Positions 1-10,621 are shown, counted from the stretch's first letter. The stretch: 64,000 nt of DNA from a bacterium (GCA_030602615.1 JAUVZM010000001.1:73720-137719), one strand, 5' to 3'. The notes: a model not told the origin generated them from the sequence alone. Numbers and translations: made by a program.

Positions 1-2
1 AG

Positions 3-446
3 GCAGGCAACGCGGCTTCGTCGTCGCTGCTGGCGGCGATTGATACTGCTATGCAGGCCCCGGCGCCGCTGGTGCCGGAAGTGGTGGACGCCGTCGAGCG
101 CGCCAAGGGCAAAGTGGACGATGAGCAGCTACAGCAGGGCGCCGAGCAGATAGTGGAAATACTGGACCAGCTTCGCGATGACGCCACCGTGAACTTACTG
201 GATAGCGCCAGCGGGAGCGTGCGCGGCGCCCAGGATGCGCTGCAGCGGACAGCCTGGCCGGTGCTGATTGCTGAACTGGACCAGCTCGAGGCGATGCTCA
301 GCCAGCTTCAGGAGAAGATTGGGGAGGAGACCACCGTAGTTGCTGCTGAGCAGGAGCCGACAGCAGCAGAAGATGCGGAAGCCGAGCCGGGCGAAGAGGC
401 CGAAGCTGAGATGCCAGAGCCGAGGCCGCAACCCGCTGAGGAGTAA
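3..446 (+). CDS. Hypothetical acidic protein, 3' part (frame is open to the window edge; the tool ORF starts at 51)
   Basis: Open frame from position 3 with no stop. C-terminus is Glu/Ala/Pro-rich (EAEAEMPEPRPQPAEE). No recognisable domain. Confidence 0.3.
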   Translation, partial: AGNAASSSLLAAIDTAMQAPAPLVPEVVDAVERAKGKVDDEQLQQGAEQIVEILDQLRDDATVNLLDSASGSVRGAQDALQRTAWPVLIAELDQLEAMLSQLQEKIGEETTVVAAEQEPTAAEDAEAEPGEEAEAEMPEPRPQPAEE

Positions 447-506
447 CCAAGCGGCAGCGGTATCGATCTCTCTGTCTTTGGCTAACTGGGGCCATGCAGG
501 TGTTGG

Positions 507-535
507 GGCAGGAATGCCCCTCCTACCGGTTTTGG
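507..535 (+). terminator. Intrinsic terminator-like hairpin
   Basis: GGCAGGA-atgcccc-TCCTACC followed by GGTTTTGG, immediately after the stop of ORF 3..446 and before dnaE. Confidence 0.45.
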
Positions 536-624
536 AACGCTTTCTAACAATAGACCACGGGTTTTGGAGCAGTCTCTACCGGTAAATCACAGTAAACTAC
601 ACACCAATACAAGGAAACCAGCCA

Positions 625-3600
625 ATGGCCGAGCAGTTTGCTCACCTCCACGTTCATACTGAGTACAGTCTACTGGACGGCGCCTGCCGTCTGGACCAGC
701 TAGCCCAGCGGGCTGCCGAGCTGGGTATGCCGGCGGTGGCGATGACTGACCACGGCGTGATGTATGGGGCGATTGATTTCTATAAGGCGTGCCAGGCCGT
801 CGGAGTCAAGCCGATTATTGGCTGTGAAATCTACGTGGCCTCTGACAGCCGATTTGAGCGGGCTCCCCGCCAGGGTCAGCGCACTCGGCATCTGACGCTG
901 CTGGCTGAGAATGAGGCCGGCTACCGCAATCTTCTCCAGATCGTCAGCCAAGCCCACCTGGAGGGTTTCTACTATCATCCTCGCGCCGACCTGGAGCTGC
1001 TCAGCGACCATGCAGAAGGGCTAATTGCACTCAGTGCCTGCAAGCAGGGGGCGATTGCCCGCGCGATTCTGGATGACAACTACGCCGCGGCCCGCCAGCA
1101 GGCCGAGGTAGCGCGTGAGGTGTTCGGGGAGGATAATTTCTATCTGGAGCTTATGGATCACGGCCTGCCCGGCCAGAAGAAGATTATCGCCGCTAAGGTG
1201 CAGCTTTCTGAGGAGCTGGGCATCCCCGTGGTGGCGACTAATGACGCTCACTACGTGCGCCAGGAAGACGCTGAGGCCCACGATGTCTTGCTCTGCATTC
1301 AGACGCAGGCCACCCTCTCCGATCTCAACCGGATGCGCTTTGAGACTGACGAGTTTTACCTGAAGTCGCCCGAAGAGATGGCAGAGCTGTTTGGGGAAGT
1401 TCCCGAAGCGCTGCGTAATACTGTGCAGATAGCGGAGCGCTGTAATCTTGAGTTAGACCTGGGGGCGGTGCGCTTGCCCCGTGTTGAGGTCGAAAACGGC
1501 TACGATGTGACCAGCTATCTGCGGCATCTGTGCGAGCAGAACACCGTCAGGCTGTACGGCGAAGATCGTCCGGATGTACGAAAGCAGTTGGACTACGAGC
1601 TGGATGTTATTGAAAGGGCGGACTACTCAGGCTACTTCCTGATTGTCGGTGACTTGATCCGCGAGGCGAAGAGTCGAGGCATTCTGATAGGACCGGGCCG
1701 AGGTTCGGCAACGGGCAGTATTGTCGCTTATCTGCTGGGCATTACCGATGTTGACCCCCTGGAGTATGACTTGATCTTCGAGAGAATGCTCAACCCCGAG
1801 CGGGCCAGCCCGCCTGATATTGACCTTGATTTCCCTGATGACCGCCGCGAGGAAATCATCGAGTATGTCAAGGAGAAGTATGGCCGCGACCACGTTGCCC
1901 AGGTGGCGACGTTCAATACGATGGGGGCGCGGGCGGCCATCCGTGACGTCGGGCGAGTTATGGGTGTGCCTTTGGATAAGGTTGACGCGCTGGCTAAGGC
2001 AGTACCGCCGGGCACCAGCCTGGAAGAGGCCTGTGAGCTGGTTCCGGAGTTGTCTGAAGCCCGCCAGGAAGATACCGAAATCGCACGCATGCTGGATATT
2101 GGCCAGCGCCTGGAAGGGCTGGCTCGCCACGCTTCGGTCCATGCCGCGGCGGTAGTCATCTCTGAGGGCCCGCTTACCGACTATGTGCCGCTGCGTGGAG
2201 AAAAGGATGGTATGGTGACCACCCAGTATCCGATGGGGCCGGTTGAGGAAGTCGGGTTGGTCAAGATTGACTTCCTGGGGCTCAAGACGCTGACGGCCTG
2301 TGCCCGCGCGCTGGAGGCTATACAGCGAAATCGACAGGTAGAGTTGGACCTACTGGCTATCCCCCGCGATGACCCCGAGACGTTCGGGTTGCTTTGCCAG
2401 GGAGATACGGCGGGTGTATTTCAGTTGGAAAGCGAGGGGATGCGCGGGCTAATGTGCAAGCTGCAACCCGATCGCTTCGAACATCTCATTGCCGCAGTGG
2501 CGCTATACCGGCCCGGCCCTATGCAGCATCTGGATGAGTTCTGCGAGGGCCGGCACGGAGCTGCAATTGAATACCTGCATCCAGACCTGGAGCCGATCCT
2601 GGAAGAGACCTACGGTGTGATCACCTACCAGGAGCAGGTTATGCAGATTGCGGTGAAGCTGGCTGGCTTTTCCATGCCCCAGGCTGAGATTATCATGCGA
2701 GCTATGGCCAAAAAACAACTCAAGAAGATGCAGCAGATGAAGCCAAAGTTCCTCCAGGGCTGCATAGACAACGGCGTAGCTGAGCGAATCGCGCAGGGGA
2801 TCTACTTGCGGATGGAGAGCTTTTCTTCGTACGGTTTCAATAAGTCCCACTCGGCGGCTTATGCGCTGGTAGCCTATTGGACGGCTTACCTGAAGGCTAA
2901 CTACCCCGGCGAATTTATGGCCGCGCACCTGTCCACGGTTATGGATAACAGCGAGGACGTCGGCAGGTATATGAATGAGTGTCGCCGCATGGGCCTGGAA
3001 GTGTGTGGGCCCACGGTCAATCGTAGCCTGGCACAGTTCACGGCCCGTGACGGAGAAGTTATCTTCGGACTGGCTGCTATCAAGAACCTCGGCTCACCGA
3101 CTGCTCAAGCAGTTGTTGCGGAACGCGAGGAAAACGGCCCCTATCAGGGGCTGGGTGATCTGTGCCGTCGCTTGCCCGGCAGCAAGGTTCCGCGCACAGC
3201 AGTCGAGCTGCTTATCAAGGCGGGGGCGTTGGACGAATTCGGTGAGCGTAATGCCTTGCTGGCGGGCCTGGATAGTCTCTACGCAGCCGGCCAGAAATAT
3301 CAACGGGATCAGGTCACCGGTCAAAACTCTTTGTTCGGTGAGGCGGGTTCAGGGGAAGTGCCGACGTTTGATGAGCAACTGCCTTGGGTACCGGAGATGC
3401 CGCAGTCGGAGCGCCTGCGCCTGGAGAAAGAGCTGCTCGGTCTGTATGTCTCCAGCCACCCGTTGATTGAGAAGCAAGAGCAGTTGGCCCAGCGGACCAC
3501 GGCTGAAATACGTGAGCTGGCAGAATTCGCTGACGGTACGCCGGTAATTGTGAGTGGGATCATCGGGCAGACCAAGCACTATGTCACTAACAGTGGCGCT

Positions 3601-4167
3601 CCTATGATGTTCTTGACGCTTGAAGGTTTGGGCAAGCATCTGGAGACAGTCGTGTTTCCGGATGCCTATGAGAAATACCGAGACAATATCAACGAAGGCG
3701 GAGTTGTAGTCGTCAAGGGCAAAATTGACCGAAAGGGCGCGCGCAGTGACGATAGCAACGAGGTGAAGTTACTGTGTGACTGGATCAAGCCACTGGCGGA
3801 GAGTGCGGCCGTCTCGGAGCAACAACGGAAGCAAACTGAGCAAGGCCGGCTGGAGGGTAGGCCGGCACAATCCGCGGGCGACCAGCAGCCCGAACCTGCG
3901 CCGCTGGACATCTCGACTCCGGCCCGAACCGTATTCATTGAAGTGGATGCGACTGATTGTGGTGAGCAATCACTGCGCCGAATCAAACAGGTCATCGAAG
4001 CGAATCGTGGCCAGCAGCCGGTTGTGCTGAAACTGACCGGAGGCAATGGGGCACGGCGCGTGGAACTGGGCGAAGGCTATACGGTTGACTGCAGCGAGCA
4101 GTTTCCCATTCAAATCCGGCACTGTCCTGCTGTAATAACCCTGTGGCAGCAGGAAGCTGATAGCTAG
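625..4167 (+). CDS. dnaE: DNA polymerase III alpha subunit
   Basis: 1180 aa. N-terminal PHP motif HLHVHTEYSLLDGA, polymerase core, OB-fold tail. Confidence 0.95.
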   Translation: MAEQFAHLHVHTEYSLLDGACRLDQLAQRAAELGMPAVAMTDHGVMYGAIDFYKACQAVGVKPIIGCEIYVASDSRFERAPRQGQRTRHLTLLAENEAGYRNLLQIVSQAHLEGFYYHPRADLELLSDHAEGLIALSACKQGAIARAILDDNYAAARQQAEVAREVFGEDNFYLELMDHGLPGQKKIIAAKVQLSEELGIPVVATNDAHYVRQEDAEAHDVLLCIQTQATLSDLNRMRFETDEFYLKSPEEMAELFGEVPEALRNTVQIAERCNLELDLGAVRLPRVEVENGYDVTSYLRHLCEQNTVRLYGEDRPDVRKQLDYELDVIERADYSGYFLIVGDLIREAKSRGILIGPGRGSATGSIVAYLLGITDVDPLEYDLIFERMLNPERASPPDIDLDFPDDRREEIIEYVKEKYGRDHVAQVATFNTMGARAAIRDVGRVMGVPLDKVDALAKAVPPGTSLEEACELVPELSEARQEDTEIARMLDIGQRLEGLARHASVHAAAVVISEGPLTDYVPLRGEKDGMVTTQYPMGPVEEVGLVKIDFLGLKTLTACARALEAIQRNRQVELDLLAIPRDDPETFGLLCQGDTAGVFQLESEGMRGLMCKLQPDRFEHLIAAVALYRPGPMQHLDEFCEGRHGAAIEYLHPDLEPILEETYGVITYQEQVMQIAVKLAGFSMPQAEIIMRAMAKKQLKKMQQMKPKFLQGCIDNGVAERIAQGIYLRMESFSSYGFNKSHSAAYALVAYWTAYLKANYPGEFMAAHLSTVMDNSEDVGRYMNECRRMGLEVCGPTVNRSLAQFTARDGEVIFGLAAIKNLGSPTAQAVVAEREENGPYQGLGDLCRRLPGSKVPRTAVELLIKAGALDEFGERNALLAGLDSLYAAGQKYQRDQVTGQNSLFGEAGSGEVPTFDEQLPWVPEMPQSERLRLEKELLGLYVSSHPLIEKQEQLAQRTTAEIRELAEFADGTPVIVSGIIGQTKHYVTNSGAPMMFLTLEGLGKHLETVVFPDAYEKYRDNINEGGVVVVKGKIDRKGARSDDSNEVKLLCDWIKPLAESAAVSEQQRKQTEQGRLEGRPAQSAGDQQPEPAPLDISTPARTVFIEVDATDCGEQSLRRIKQVIEANRGQQPVVLKLTGGNGARRVELGEGYTVDCSEQFPIQIRHCPAVITLWQQEADS

Positions 4168-4192
4168 GGCAACAGGGCACCGGGCCGGGAAG

Positions 4193-5503
4193 GTGGCATC
4201 ACTGATGGCACCAATCATAGACGTTATTGATGCACGGACTGGCGACAGTTCAGCCCTGCAAGCGCTGCGCCAGCGGTCACTGGCCGACCTGCCTGACCAC
4301 ATCGAGACCGATGTACGGCGCATCGTTGAAGATGTTCGGCGGCGCGGTGACGAGGCGCTGATAGACTATGAGCGTCAGTTTGATTGTTCGAACTTCACTG
4401 CCGAGCACTTGGTAGTTGGCTCCGAAGAGATTGAGGGGGCCTATGCGCAGGTCTCCTCGGCCCAGTTAGGAGCACTGCGACGGGCCCGGGAGAATGTGTA
4501 TGAGTTTCACCTACATGCCCGGCCTCGCTCGTGGCTTGACGAATTCGATGGCATGTGGCTGGGGCAGCGGGTTACCCCGGTAGATTCGGCCGGCATTTAC
4601 GTGCCTGCCAGAAGCGCCCCCCTGCCTTCCACTGTGTATATGTGTGCGATGCCCGCCAAGGTGGCGGAAGTGCCGCAGATCGCTATATGTTCGCCGCCGC
4701 GCAAGGACGGTTCGCTTGATGCCTTGACGCTGGTGGCTGCCGCCGAGTGCGGCGTAGACGAGATATATCGTCTGGGAGGTGCCCAGGCCATCGCTGCTCT
4801 GGCCTTTGGTACGGAGAGCGTCGCGCCAGTCAGCAAGATTGTCGGCCCGGGCAATCCCTGGGTGACGATGGCCAAGAAACACGTCTACGGTATAGTGGGC
4901 GTTGATTCGCTGGCCGGGCCCAGCGAGGTGTTGGTAATCGCTGATGCAACTGCCAAGCCGGCTACGGTTGCGGCTGATCTGGTAGCGCAGGCCGAGCATA
5001 CCGGGGATAATATGGCGGTATTGATCACGCCCAGCCAAGCGCTCGCCGAGCAGGTAACCGCCGAACTGCAACAGCAAGTTGCGGGGGCTGAGCGGGTCAC
5101 CAAGATTCAGGATTCGCTGAGCGAGTTCGGCGCGATTGTACTGGTGCGGGATTTGCACCACGCTGCCCGGCTGGCCAGCGACATCGCCCCCGAGCACTTG
5201 CAACTGTTGGTGGATGATCCTCTGGCGCTGTTGGCCGAGATTGACCACGCCGGGTGTGTGTGTCTCGGAGAGCTGACGCCTGTGCCCCTGGGCGACTATG
5301 CTGCCGGTCCCAGTCATGTCCTGCCGACTGGTGGCACGGCCCGCTTCGCTTCGGGACTGGCGGTGGATGACTTTGTGAAGAAGACGTCGCTAATCTCTGC
5401 AACGCGCCGCGGCTTAGATCGGCTGGCCCCTGATGTAATTGAGTTGGCTGAGGCTGAAGGGTTGGAGGCACACGCTCAGGCGGTGCAGCAGCGCCGTCAC
5501 TAA
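4193..5503 (+). CDS. hisD: Histidinol dehydrogenase
   Basis: 436 aa. HisD-family similarity along the whole length, including the AGPSEVLVIAD segment. Alternative start at ATG 4205. Confidence 0.9.
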   Translation: MASLMAPIIDVIDARTGDSSALQALRQRSLADLPDHIETDVRRIVEDVRRRGDEALIDYERQFDCSNFTAEHLVVGSEEIEGAYAQVSSAQLGALRRARENVYEFHLHARPRSWLDEFDGMWLGQRVTPVDSAGIYVPARSAPLPSTVYMCAMPAKVAEVPQIAICSPPRKDGSLDALTLVAAAECGVDEIYRLGGAQAIAALAFGTESVAPVSKIVGPGNPWVTMAKKHVYGIVGVDSLAGPSEVLVIADATAKPATVAADLVAQAEHTGDNMAVLITPSQALAEQVTAELQQQVAGAERVTKIQDSLSEFGAIVLVRDLHHAARLASDIAPEHLQLLVDDPLALLAEIDHAGCVCLGELTPVPLGDYAAGPSHVLPTGGTARFASGLAVDDFVKKTSLISATRRGLDRLAPDVIELAEAEGLEAHAQAVQQRRH

Positions 5504-5597
5504 GCGCGCGCCGCCTGCCGCCCTCGAAGAGAGTTGCCGGGATAATAGCATCGGCGGCTCCCCCGTCCTCCTGGAGTTAACAGGCATCCCAGCACAG

Positions 5598-5990
5598 TTA
5601 GCTGCCAGCATAGACCCTGGTAACGTCATCGAGGACGGTGGTCAATTCATTGATGTCGAAGGGCTTGTAGAGGCAGGGCTGACCGGAAAGCTCCACGAAG
5701 CGGTTGGTCCGGGTGCCCAGGTTGTCCCCCGTGACGAAGATAACCCGCTGGGCTAGCTCTGGCGACTGATGCTGCCAGATCCTGAACAATTCCATCCCAT
5801 TGAGGATTGGCATCAGCAGATCGCAGATGACCGCGGAGTAGCTACGCTGGGCGCCCATCTGCAGGGCTTTTTCTCCGTCAGCAGCTCGGTCGACGGCATA
5901 GCCCAAATGCTCCAGCAGAGCCTGCATTAGCCGGGCCAAGGTATCTTCGTCGTCAACAATCAGTATTCGCTGTCCGTTGGGCGTCTCCAC
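5598..5990 (-). CDS. Single-domain response regulator (CheY-like receiver)
   Basis: 130 aa. ILIVDDEDTLARL...DLLMPILNGMELF receiver signature, no output domain. GTG start sits directly after the TAA of the upstream kinase (TAAGTG). Confidence 0.8.
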   Translation of the reverse strand: METPNGQRILIVDDEDTLARLMQALLEHLGYAVDRAADGEKALQMGAQRSYSAVICDLLMPILNGMELFRIWQHQSPELAQRVIFVTGDNLGTRTNRFVELSGQPCLYKPFDINELTTVLDDVTRVYAGS

Positions 5991-7679
5991 TTACTTATTC
6001 ACACTCCCACGGCTAGATTTATGGCGCTTGACCTCTTCTTCATTGGCGGCAGGCAGTATTATCTTGACTAGCATTCCGCTCTCCTGGCGGTTGGGTGATA
6101 CCAATACTTGCCCGCCAGCTTGCTGGACTGTGCTATATACCACCGGCAGGCCCATGTCCATGAACTTGTCCTGACTCTCTTCAATGGGTTCAGTGCCTTT
6201 GAGCAGTTCGGGTACTTCTCCTGGCTCGGGGGAGGGGCCGGTACTGCGGAACCTGATCTCCACGGCCTCGAAGCGGCGCCGCGCCTCGATATGCAGTTTC
6301 CGTGGCCCCGGCCAGTCTTCCATAGTCTGCCATACATAGGTTATGATATTGATGAAGCTGTGATAAAGACTATGGCGATTGGCGTGAGCCAGCGGCAGGT
6401 TGGCAGGAATATCCTGCTCTAGTTCGACCCCCGTGATCATCAGTTGCGGCTGGGTCAGCACCAGTGCTTGCTCCATTACCTCGTTTACGTCGGAGACTGG
6501 GGTACTCTCATCCCGGCCAGCGACGTAGACCTCCAACCCTCTGATGGCTGCGTTGCAGCGGTCAAGCTGACGGATGATCTCATGCCAGTCCGGTTCTTCA
6601 CCTATCACTTCGGCTACCTGGATGCTCATGCGAATGATGGCCAGGGGATTGTTGAGAGTATGTCCGAGGCTGGTCAGGACATGACGCACCGCCACGAACT
6701 TCTCGAGGTGCTTGAGCTCCTGCTGGGTTTGACACAGTTCGGTAATATCACGAATGGCAACATTGATGGTGGTTATCTGACTTTCTTCGGCAATCGGCAG
6801 GGCGCTGAACAGCAGCGTGTGAGGCGTGCCGTTCCCGCCAGTAGTGGTCAGGGGGATTTCTGAGACACTCTCTCCTGCCAGAATCTGGTTCTGATAGGGC
6901 CTGAGGCCCTCGGGATGGCGCAACTGCAGTAGTTCCACCAGGTTCTTCCCCTCCAGGCGGGGTCCGTCGCCGTTCCCCAGCATCCTGGCAGCCGTGGCAT
7001 TGGCCTCCTGCACCTGCCAAGCTGGATCCACTATCAGCAGTGCGTCGTCAGATGACTCGGTCATCTCCCAGTACCGGCGGGCCTTGTGCCGGGCAGTATC
7101 GTGGGCTTGGTAAAGCTGGGTCATGTATTTGCTGACTATCCAGCTTATGGAAATCAGCAATATGCTGTGGCTGGCGAGGGTAAGCAGTACTGCACTGCTG
7201 GCCGTCCCCATCATCAGGGCCTGAGCAGATAACGCTATGACTGCTCCGCCTGTAACCAGTCCGGTCTGGGTACTGCTGGCGCAGATGGCATAAACGACTA
7301 CGACCAGATATAGCAATGGCAGTAATGGGCTGTTCAAATGGCCAGTGAATTGCAACGCGAACGCAATCCACGCTATGTGCATTAGGGCCACAGCGCCACT
7401 TATCAGCCAACTACTTTGCTGGGTGTCCATTGCGAAGCTGACGGCCACCAGCGCTATGAGAACCAGCGTCACAGCGATGAAGTAGGCAATTTCTGGGAGC
7501 ACGATATACAGGACGCAACCAGCCACCAGAGCTGCGCCCAGCAGTACCAGACGCATCTCCCAGCTTAGGCGTGTCCGGGCATCATCGGCCACTGCACGGT
7601 GAACGTTTGGTTCCTCAACGTCCAGAGGTCTGATGGAGCTGACTTCGCCTTCCAATTTAGGTTCTGTTAGTGTCATCAT
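5991..7679 (-). CDS. Membrane sensor histidine kinase (multi-TM N-terminus, PAS, HisKA, HATPase)
   Basis: 562 aa. About 6 predicted TM helices, a PAS-like region, H-box LGHTLNNPL, C-terminal ATPase region. Confidence 0.8.
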   Translation of the reverse strand: MMTLTEPKLEGEVSSIRPLDVEEPNVHRAVADDARTRLSWEMRLVLLGAALVAGCVLYIVLPEIAYFIAVTLVLIALVAVSFAMDTQQSSWLISGAVALMHIAWIAFALQFTGHLNSPLLPLLYLVVVVYAICASSTQTGLVTGGAVIALSAQALMMGTASSAVLLTLASHSILLISISWIVSKYMTQLYQAHDTARHKARRYWEMTESSDDALLIVDPAWQVQEANATAARMLGNGDGPRLEGKNLVELLQLRHPEGLRPYQNQILAGESVSEIPLTTTGGNGTPHTLLFSALPIAEESQITTINVAIRDITELCQTQQELKHLEKFVAVRHVLTSLGHTLNNPLAIIRMSIQVAEVIGEEPDWHEIIRQLDRCNAAIRGLEVYVAGRDESTPVSDVNEVMEQALVLTQPQLMITGVELEQDIPANLPLAHANRHSLYHSFINIITYVWQTMEDWPGPRKLHIEARRRFEAVEIRFRSTGPSPEPGEVPELLKGTEPIEESQDKFMDMGLPVVYSTVQQAGGQVLVSPNRQESGMLVKIILPAANEEEVKRHKSSRGSVNK

Positions 7680-7942
7680 TGATTTAGCTGCAACTGGCGA
7701 TAGTAGCTACTTGGTAGGCTGTCAGTTCAGGTTGCGGAAGGAAAGGCTCTAAGTTAAGGAGCGCCAGCGCATCCTCCTAACTCCAGATAGTTGAGCGAAC
7801 ATTGACTATTTGCTCGACATATACTTAGTATGTTCAAATCAACACATTCTTAAACATTAGTTTAGATAAACCCTTGAGTTTGTTTTGAGGTAGTAGGCGT
7901 GGTGGCCTCCTCCGGAGTACCTCGGTACAGTTAAGCTTTTCC

Positions 7943-7971
7943 TTGACCCTATCAGGGGTTTTGTTTATAAT
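7943..7971 (+). promoter_or_regulatory. Sigma70-like promoter
   Basis: TTGACC, 17-nt spacer, TATAAT. Located in an unusually AT-rich 7.7-8.0 kb intergenic stretch upstream of ORF 8029. Confidence 0.5.
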
Positions 7972-8028
7972 GAGTGGTGTGAGCGACAGCCCCCGAGCGC
8001 TGCACTCAACTCCAAGGAGGCCAGGCAG

Positions 8029-8421
8029 ATGGCAGACGAGCTTGACGATCTCCAGTACCCAGCGCAGGAAACCGAGCAGGACATTGAAGAGCAGGCTCTC
8101 CACCCCGCCAAGGCGATACCGGCGCGTAAGCCGGGCTGGCTGGCGCGCCTGGGCGAGCGGATAAGCAATCAAATCGCGCGCATTGGCCTGCCTGAGTGGG
8201 ACCTACGCAGCTTTCTATATGGGCTTGCCATATTGATCACGTTCATCCTGATTTGGCGCAACTGGGTTGATGTTCGGCTGGATGTGCTCGTCTGGCGATT
8301 CGATATTCCTAAGTCGATAGTCATCATTGCTGCAATATTACTGGGGGCAGGCTTGGTGCGCGCCTGGGATGCCTACCGCCGGCGCCAGGTGGACAGGACA
8401 GAGGAGTCTGAGGAAGCTTAA
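8029..8421 (+). CDS. Hypothetical membrane protein (acidic N-terminus, 2 TM)
   Basis: 130 aa. RBS AAGGAGG upstream. Hydrophobic segments ILITFILIW and IVIIAAILLGAGLV. Confidence 0.5.
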   Translation: MADELDDLQYPAQETEQDIEEQALHPAKAIPARKPGWLARLGERISNQIARIGLPEWDLRSFLYGLAILITFILIWRNWVDVRLDVLVWRFDIPKSIVIIAAILLGAGLVRAWDAYRRRQVDRTEESEEA

Positions 8422-8429
8422 CCGCGGCG

Positions 8430-9125
8430 ATGGGAGAGAAGAGCATGTGCTATAAGCGACAGGTGGTTCATCGGCGTACACCCGTGGTGGCGATGCTGGC
8501 CGCTGTGCCCTATCTGTTGTTGTCAGCCTCGCAGAGTGTGCAGTTGCGCACGGTCGTCAACCTTGACGGCTCAGGCTTGCGCCAGTATACGGTTGCCTGC
8601 CTGCCGGATCGCACTAAAGAGGTGCAGAAGCGCTTGCTCGAGCAAACCGCGGATTTTGACCACCAAAGCTGGCAACGCAAAGGTCCAGACCGGGTGGTCA
8701 CCCGCGACTGGCGCCCGGCCAATTTGGCCAAAGCGGTCATCGACCCAGACGCGGCGGCCTCGCTGCAGATTACTGACATAATCCAGAAGCCGTTTGATGT
8801 GTTTACCGAGTATCATTGGTCAGAGCAGCTTGAGATCTACCGCGAAACCGCTACCCCGATCGAGATCGTTGGCGAAGAGATAGCTATACTATCCTACAAG
8901 TTGAATATGCCGGGCAGAGTCATCGCCTCCAATGCGGATCGCACAGATGGGGGCAGCGCGTTCTGGGAACTGAGCGCGAACGTTGATACATATACTTTAG
9001 AGGCTACTTCCCGCCGCCTGCGCTGGGAGTATCTGCTGCTTCTGCTCTATGTAGTAGGGTTTGTTGTCTTTCAGGTTGTCGGCTACGTCACGCAGCTGGT
9101 TCGCAACCGTCCGCGCAAGATCTGA
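8430..9125 (+). CDS. Hypothetical secreted / membrane-anchored protein
   Basis: 231 aa. N-terminal signal-like segment and C-terminal TM (LLLLLYVVGFVVFQVVGYV). Probably co-transcribed with 8029. Confidence 0.45.
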   Translation: MGEKSMCYKRQVVHRRTPVVAMLAAVPYLLLSASQSVQLRTVVNLDGSGLRQYTVACLPDRTKEVQKRLLEQTADFDHQSWQRKGPDRVVTRDWRPANLAKAVIDPDAAASLQITDIIQKPFDVFTEYHWSEQLEIYRETATPIEIVGEEIAILSYKLNMPGRVIASNADRTDGGSAFWELSANVDTYTLEATSRRLRWEYLLLLLYVVGFVVFQVVGYVTQLVRNRPRKI

Positions 9126-9167
9126 GTCCGGCCAGGATTCGCTGCCGGCGATCCCTGCTAGCAAGTG

Positions 9168-9196
9168 AGCCGTGGAGGCCTCCACGGCTCTTTTAC
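9168..9196 (+). terminator. Rho-independent terminator
   Basis: Perfect palindrome AGCCGTGGAGG/CCTCCACGGCT followed by CTTTTAC. Confidence 0.7.
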
Positions 9197-9374
9197 ACGT
9201 CTATGTTGCGAAGGCTCAGTGGGCAAGGTGTCACCGCTGGCAACATACCGCTTAGCGCCGCTGTTAGGAGTTAGAATTGTGCCAACTGCAGCACCGTTCT
9301 GCCACCTGTCTGATCTGGCAGTTGGTTATATGGCATTATCGAGAACCTCGCTGATTGTCGTGGAGTGGTCATAG

Positions 9375-10562
9375 ATGTGGCAGCGTATCCGGGCACCTCG
9401 GCAGCGGCTGGTCGGCGCAGCCTTTGTTATGGATATGGCGAGCGGCTGTGCGATGCTGGCTGTGCAGTTCACGGGCGTGGCTTTGGGAGCTGGCCCCGGG
9501 CTGCTGGGGTTGCTGGGTGCTGTGGGTGGGGCTACTTATACCGTATCGTGCCTGGGTAGTGGGATGGTGGCAGATCGCTTCGGCCCCCGGCGCACCACTC
9601 GCCTGGCGGCTGCGTTGATGATTGTGATTTGGTTGGCACTGGCGGCGACCGGTCGCGTAGGGCTGTTGCTGGGGTTGGTAGTGGCCAGTGGCGCAGCTAT
9701 GGCGTTGTTTTGGCCCTCTATTATGGTATGGGTGGCCGATTTAAGTTCAGGACAGGCGCGGGGACTAGGGCGGGCACTGGGTGTGTTCAACATCTCCTGG
9801 TCGGCAGGTTTGCTGGTCGGGGCAGTGGTCGCGGGAGCTTTATGGGACTCGGTGGGTGGGGGTGCGTTTTACTTCTCGGTCGCCGCTGGGATAGTAATCC
9901 TGATATTGCTGCAACTTACCCCGGGCGGTGCCAGCCGAGGTGGTGAACACCCCTCTGACGAGCCTACTGCACTGCCGCGTGCTGCGCTGGGTCGTCGACT
10001 GCGCATTGCTGGCCGCGTTGGTGTCTTTGCCAGTTTCTTCTCGACTGCTATGATTCGGGCCTTGTTTCCCAAAGTCGGCGACACTCTGGGTTACTCCAGT
10101 GCGCTGGTTGGTTGGGCTGCTGGTATGCCCTACCTTAGCGCCATGGTCATATTTGCGCTGGCCCGAACCACCACTGGCTGGCAGTACCGCCCCTGGAAGT
10201 TGTGGCTGGCGATGCCAGCCGGGGTTGTGGGGATGGTGCTGGCGACATCGGCCCAGGTGCCCTGGCAGTTTTTGGTGGGCTTCTCCCTGGTCGGCTTCTG
10301 TGGGGGAATTTCCTACCTGTCCAGCCAGTTCTACGGACTGCATCAGCCCGAGCAGCGCCGTGCCGCCAGTATGCGCCATAACGAGGCTATGGTGGGGGCA
10401 GGGGTGGTGGCTGGCCCCCTGTTGGGCGGGTTGGTGGCTGACTACACCGGCCAGTTGCCGGCCGCCTTTGCCCTGGCCGCGAGCGCTATGGTCATTGCGG
10501 GGCTGGTCCAAATCGTGCTGTGGTGGGTTATGAGCAAGGCAGACGAAGGTTCTTCAGTCTGA
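9375..10562 (+). CDS. MFS transporter
   Basis: 395 aa, about 12 TM, MFS-like loop motif GMVADRFGPRRT. Confidence 0.8.
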   Translation: MWQRIRAPRQRLVGAAFVMDMASGCAMLAVQFTGVALGAGPGLLGLLGAVGGATYTVSCLGSGMVADRFGPRRTTRLAAALMIVIWLALAATGRVGLLLGLVVASGAAMALFWPSIMVWVADLSSGQARGLGRALGVFNISWSAGLLVGAVVAGALWDSVGGGAFYFSVAAGIVILILLQLTPGGASRGGEHPSDEPTALPRAALGRRLRIAGRVGVFASFFSTAMIRALFPKVGDTLGYSSALVGWAAGMPYLSAMVIFALARTTTGWQYRPWKLWLAMPAGVVGMVLATSAQVPWQFLVGFSLVGFCGGISYLSSQFYGLHQPEQRRAASMRHNEAMVGAGVVAGPLLGGLVADYTGQLPAAFALAASAMVIAGLVQIVLWWVMSKADEGSSV

Positions 10563-10621
10563 TGCGTAGACCGTGAACATACTGAATTCGGTGCCCTGCT
10601 CGCCGCTGCCCTTGACATTCT

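Noticed and set aside
700-4046. Numerous antisense or alternate-frame ORFs of 60-170 aa inside dnaE, and similarly inside the atp, GH and rib genes
   Set aside because: Typical spurious long ORFs on the non-coding frames of high-GC genes. No RBS and no domain signatures. They are fully embedded in well-supported CDSs.
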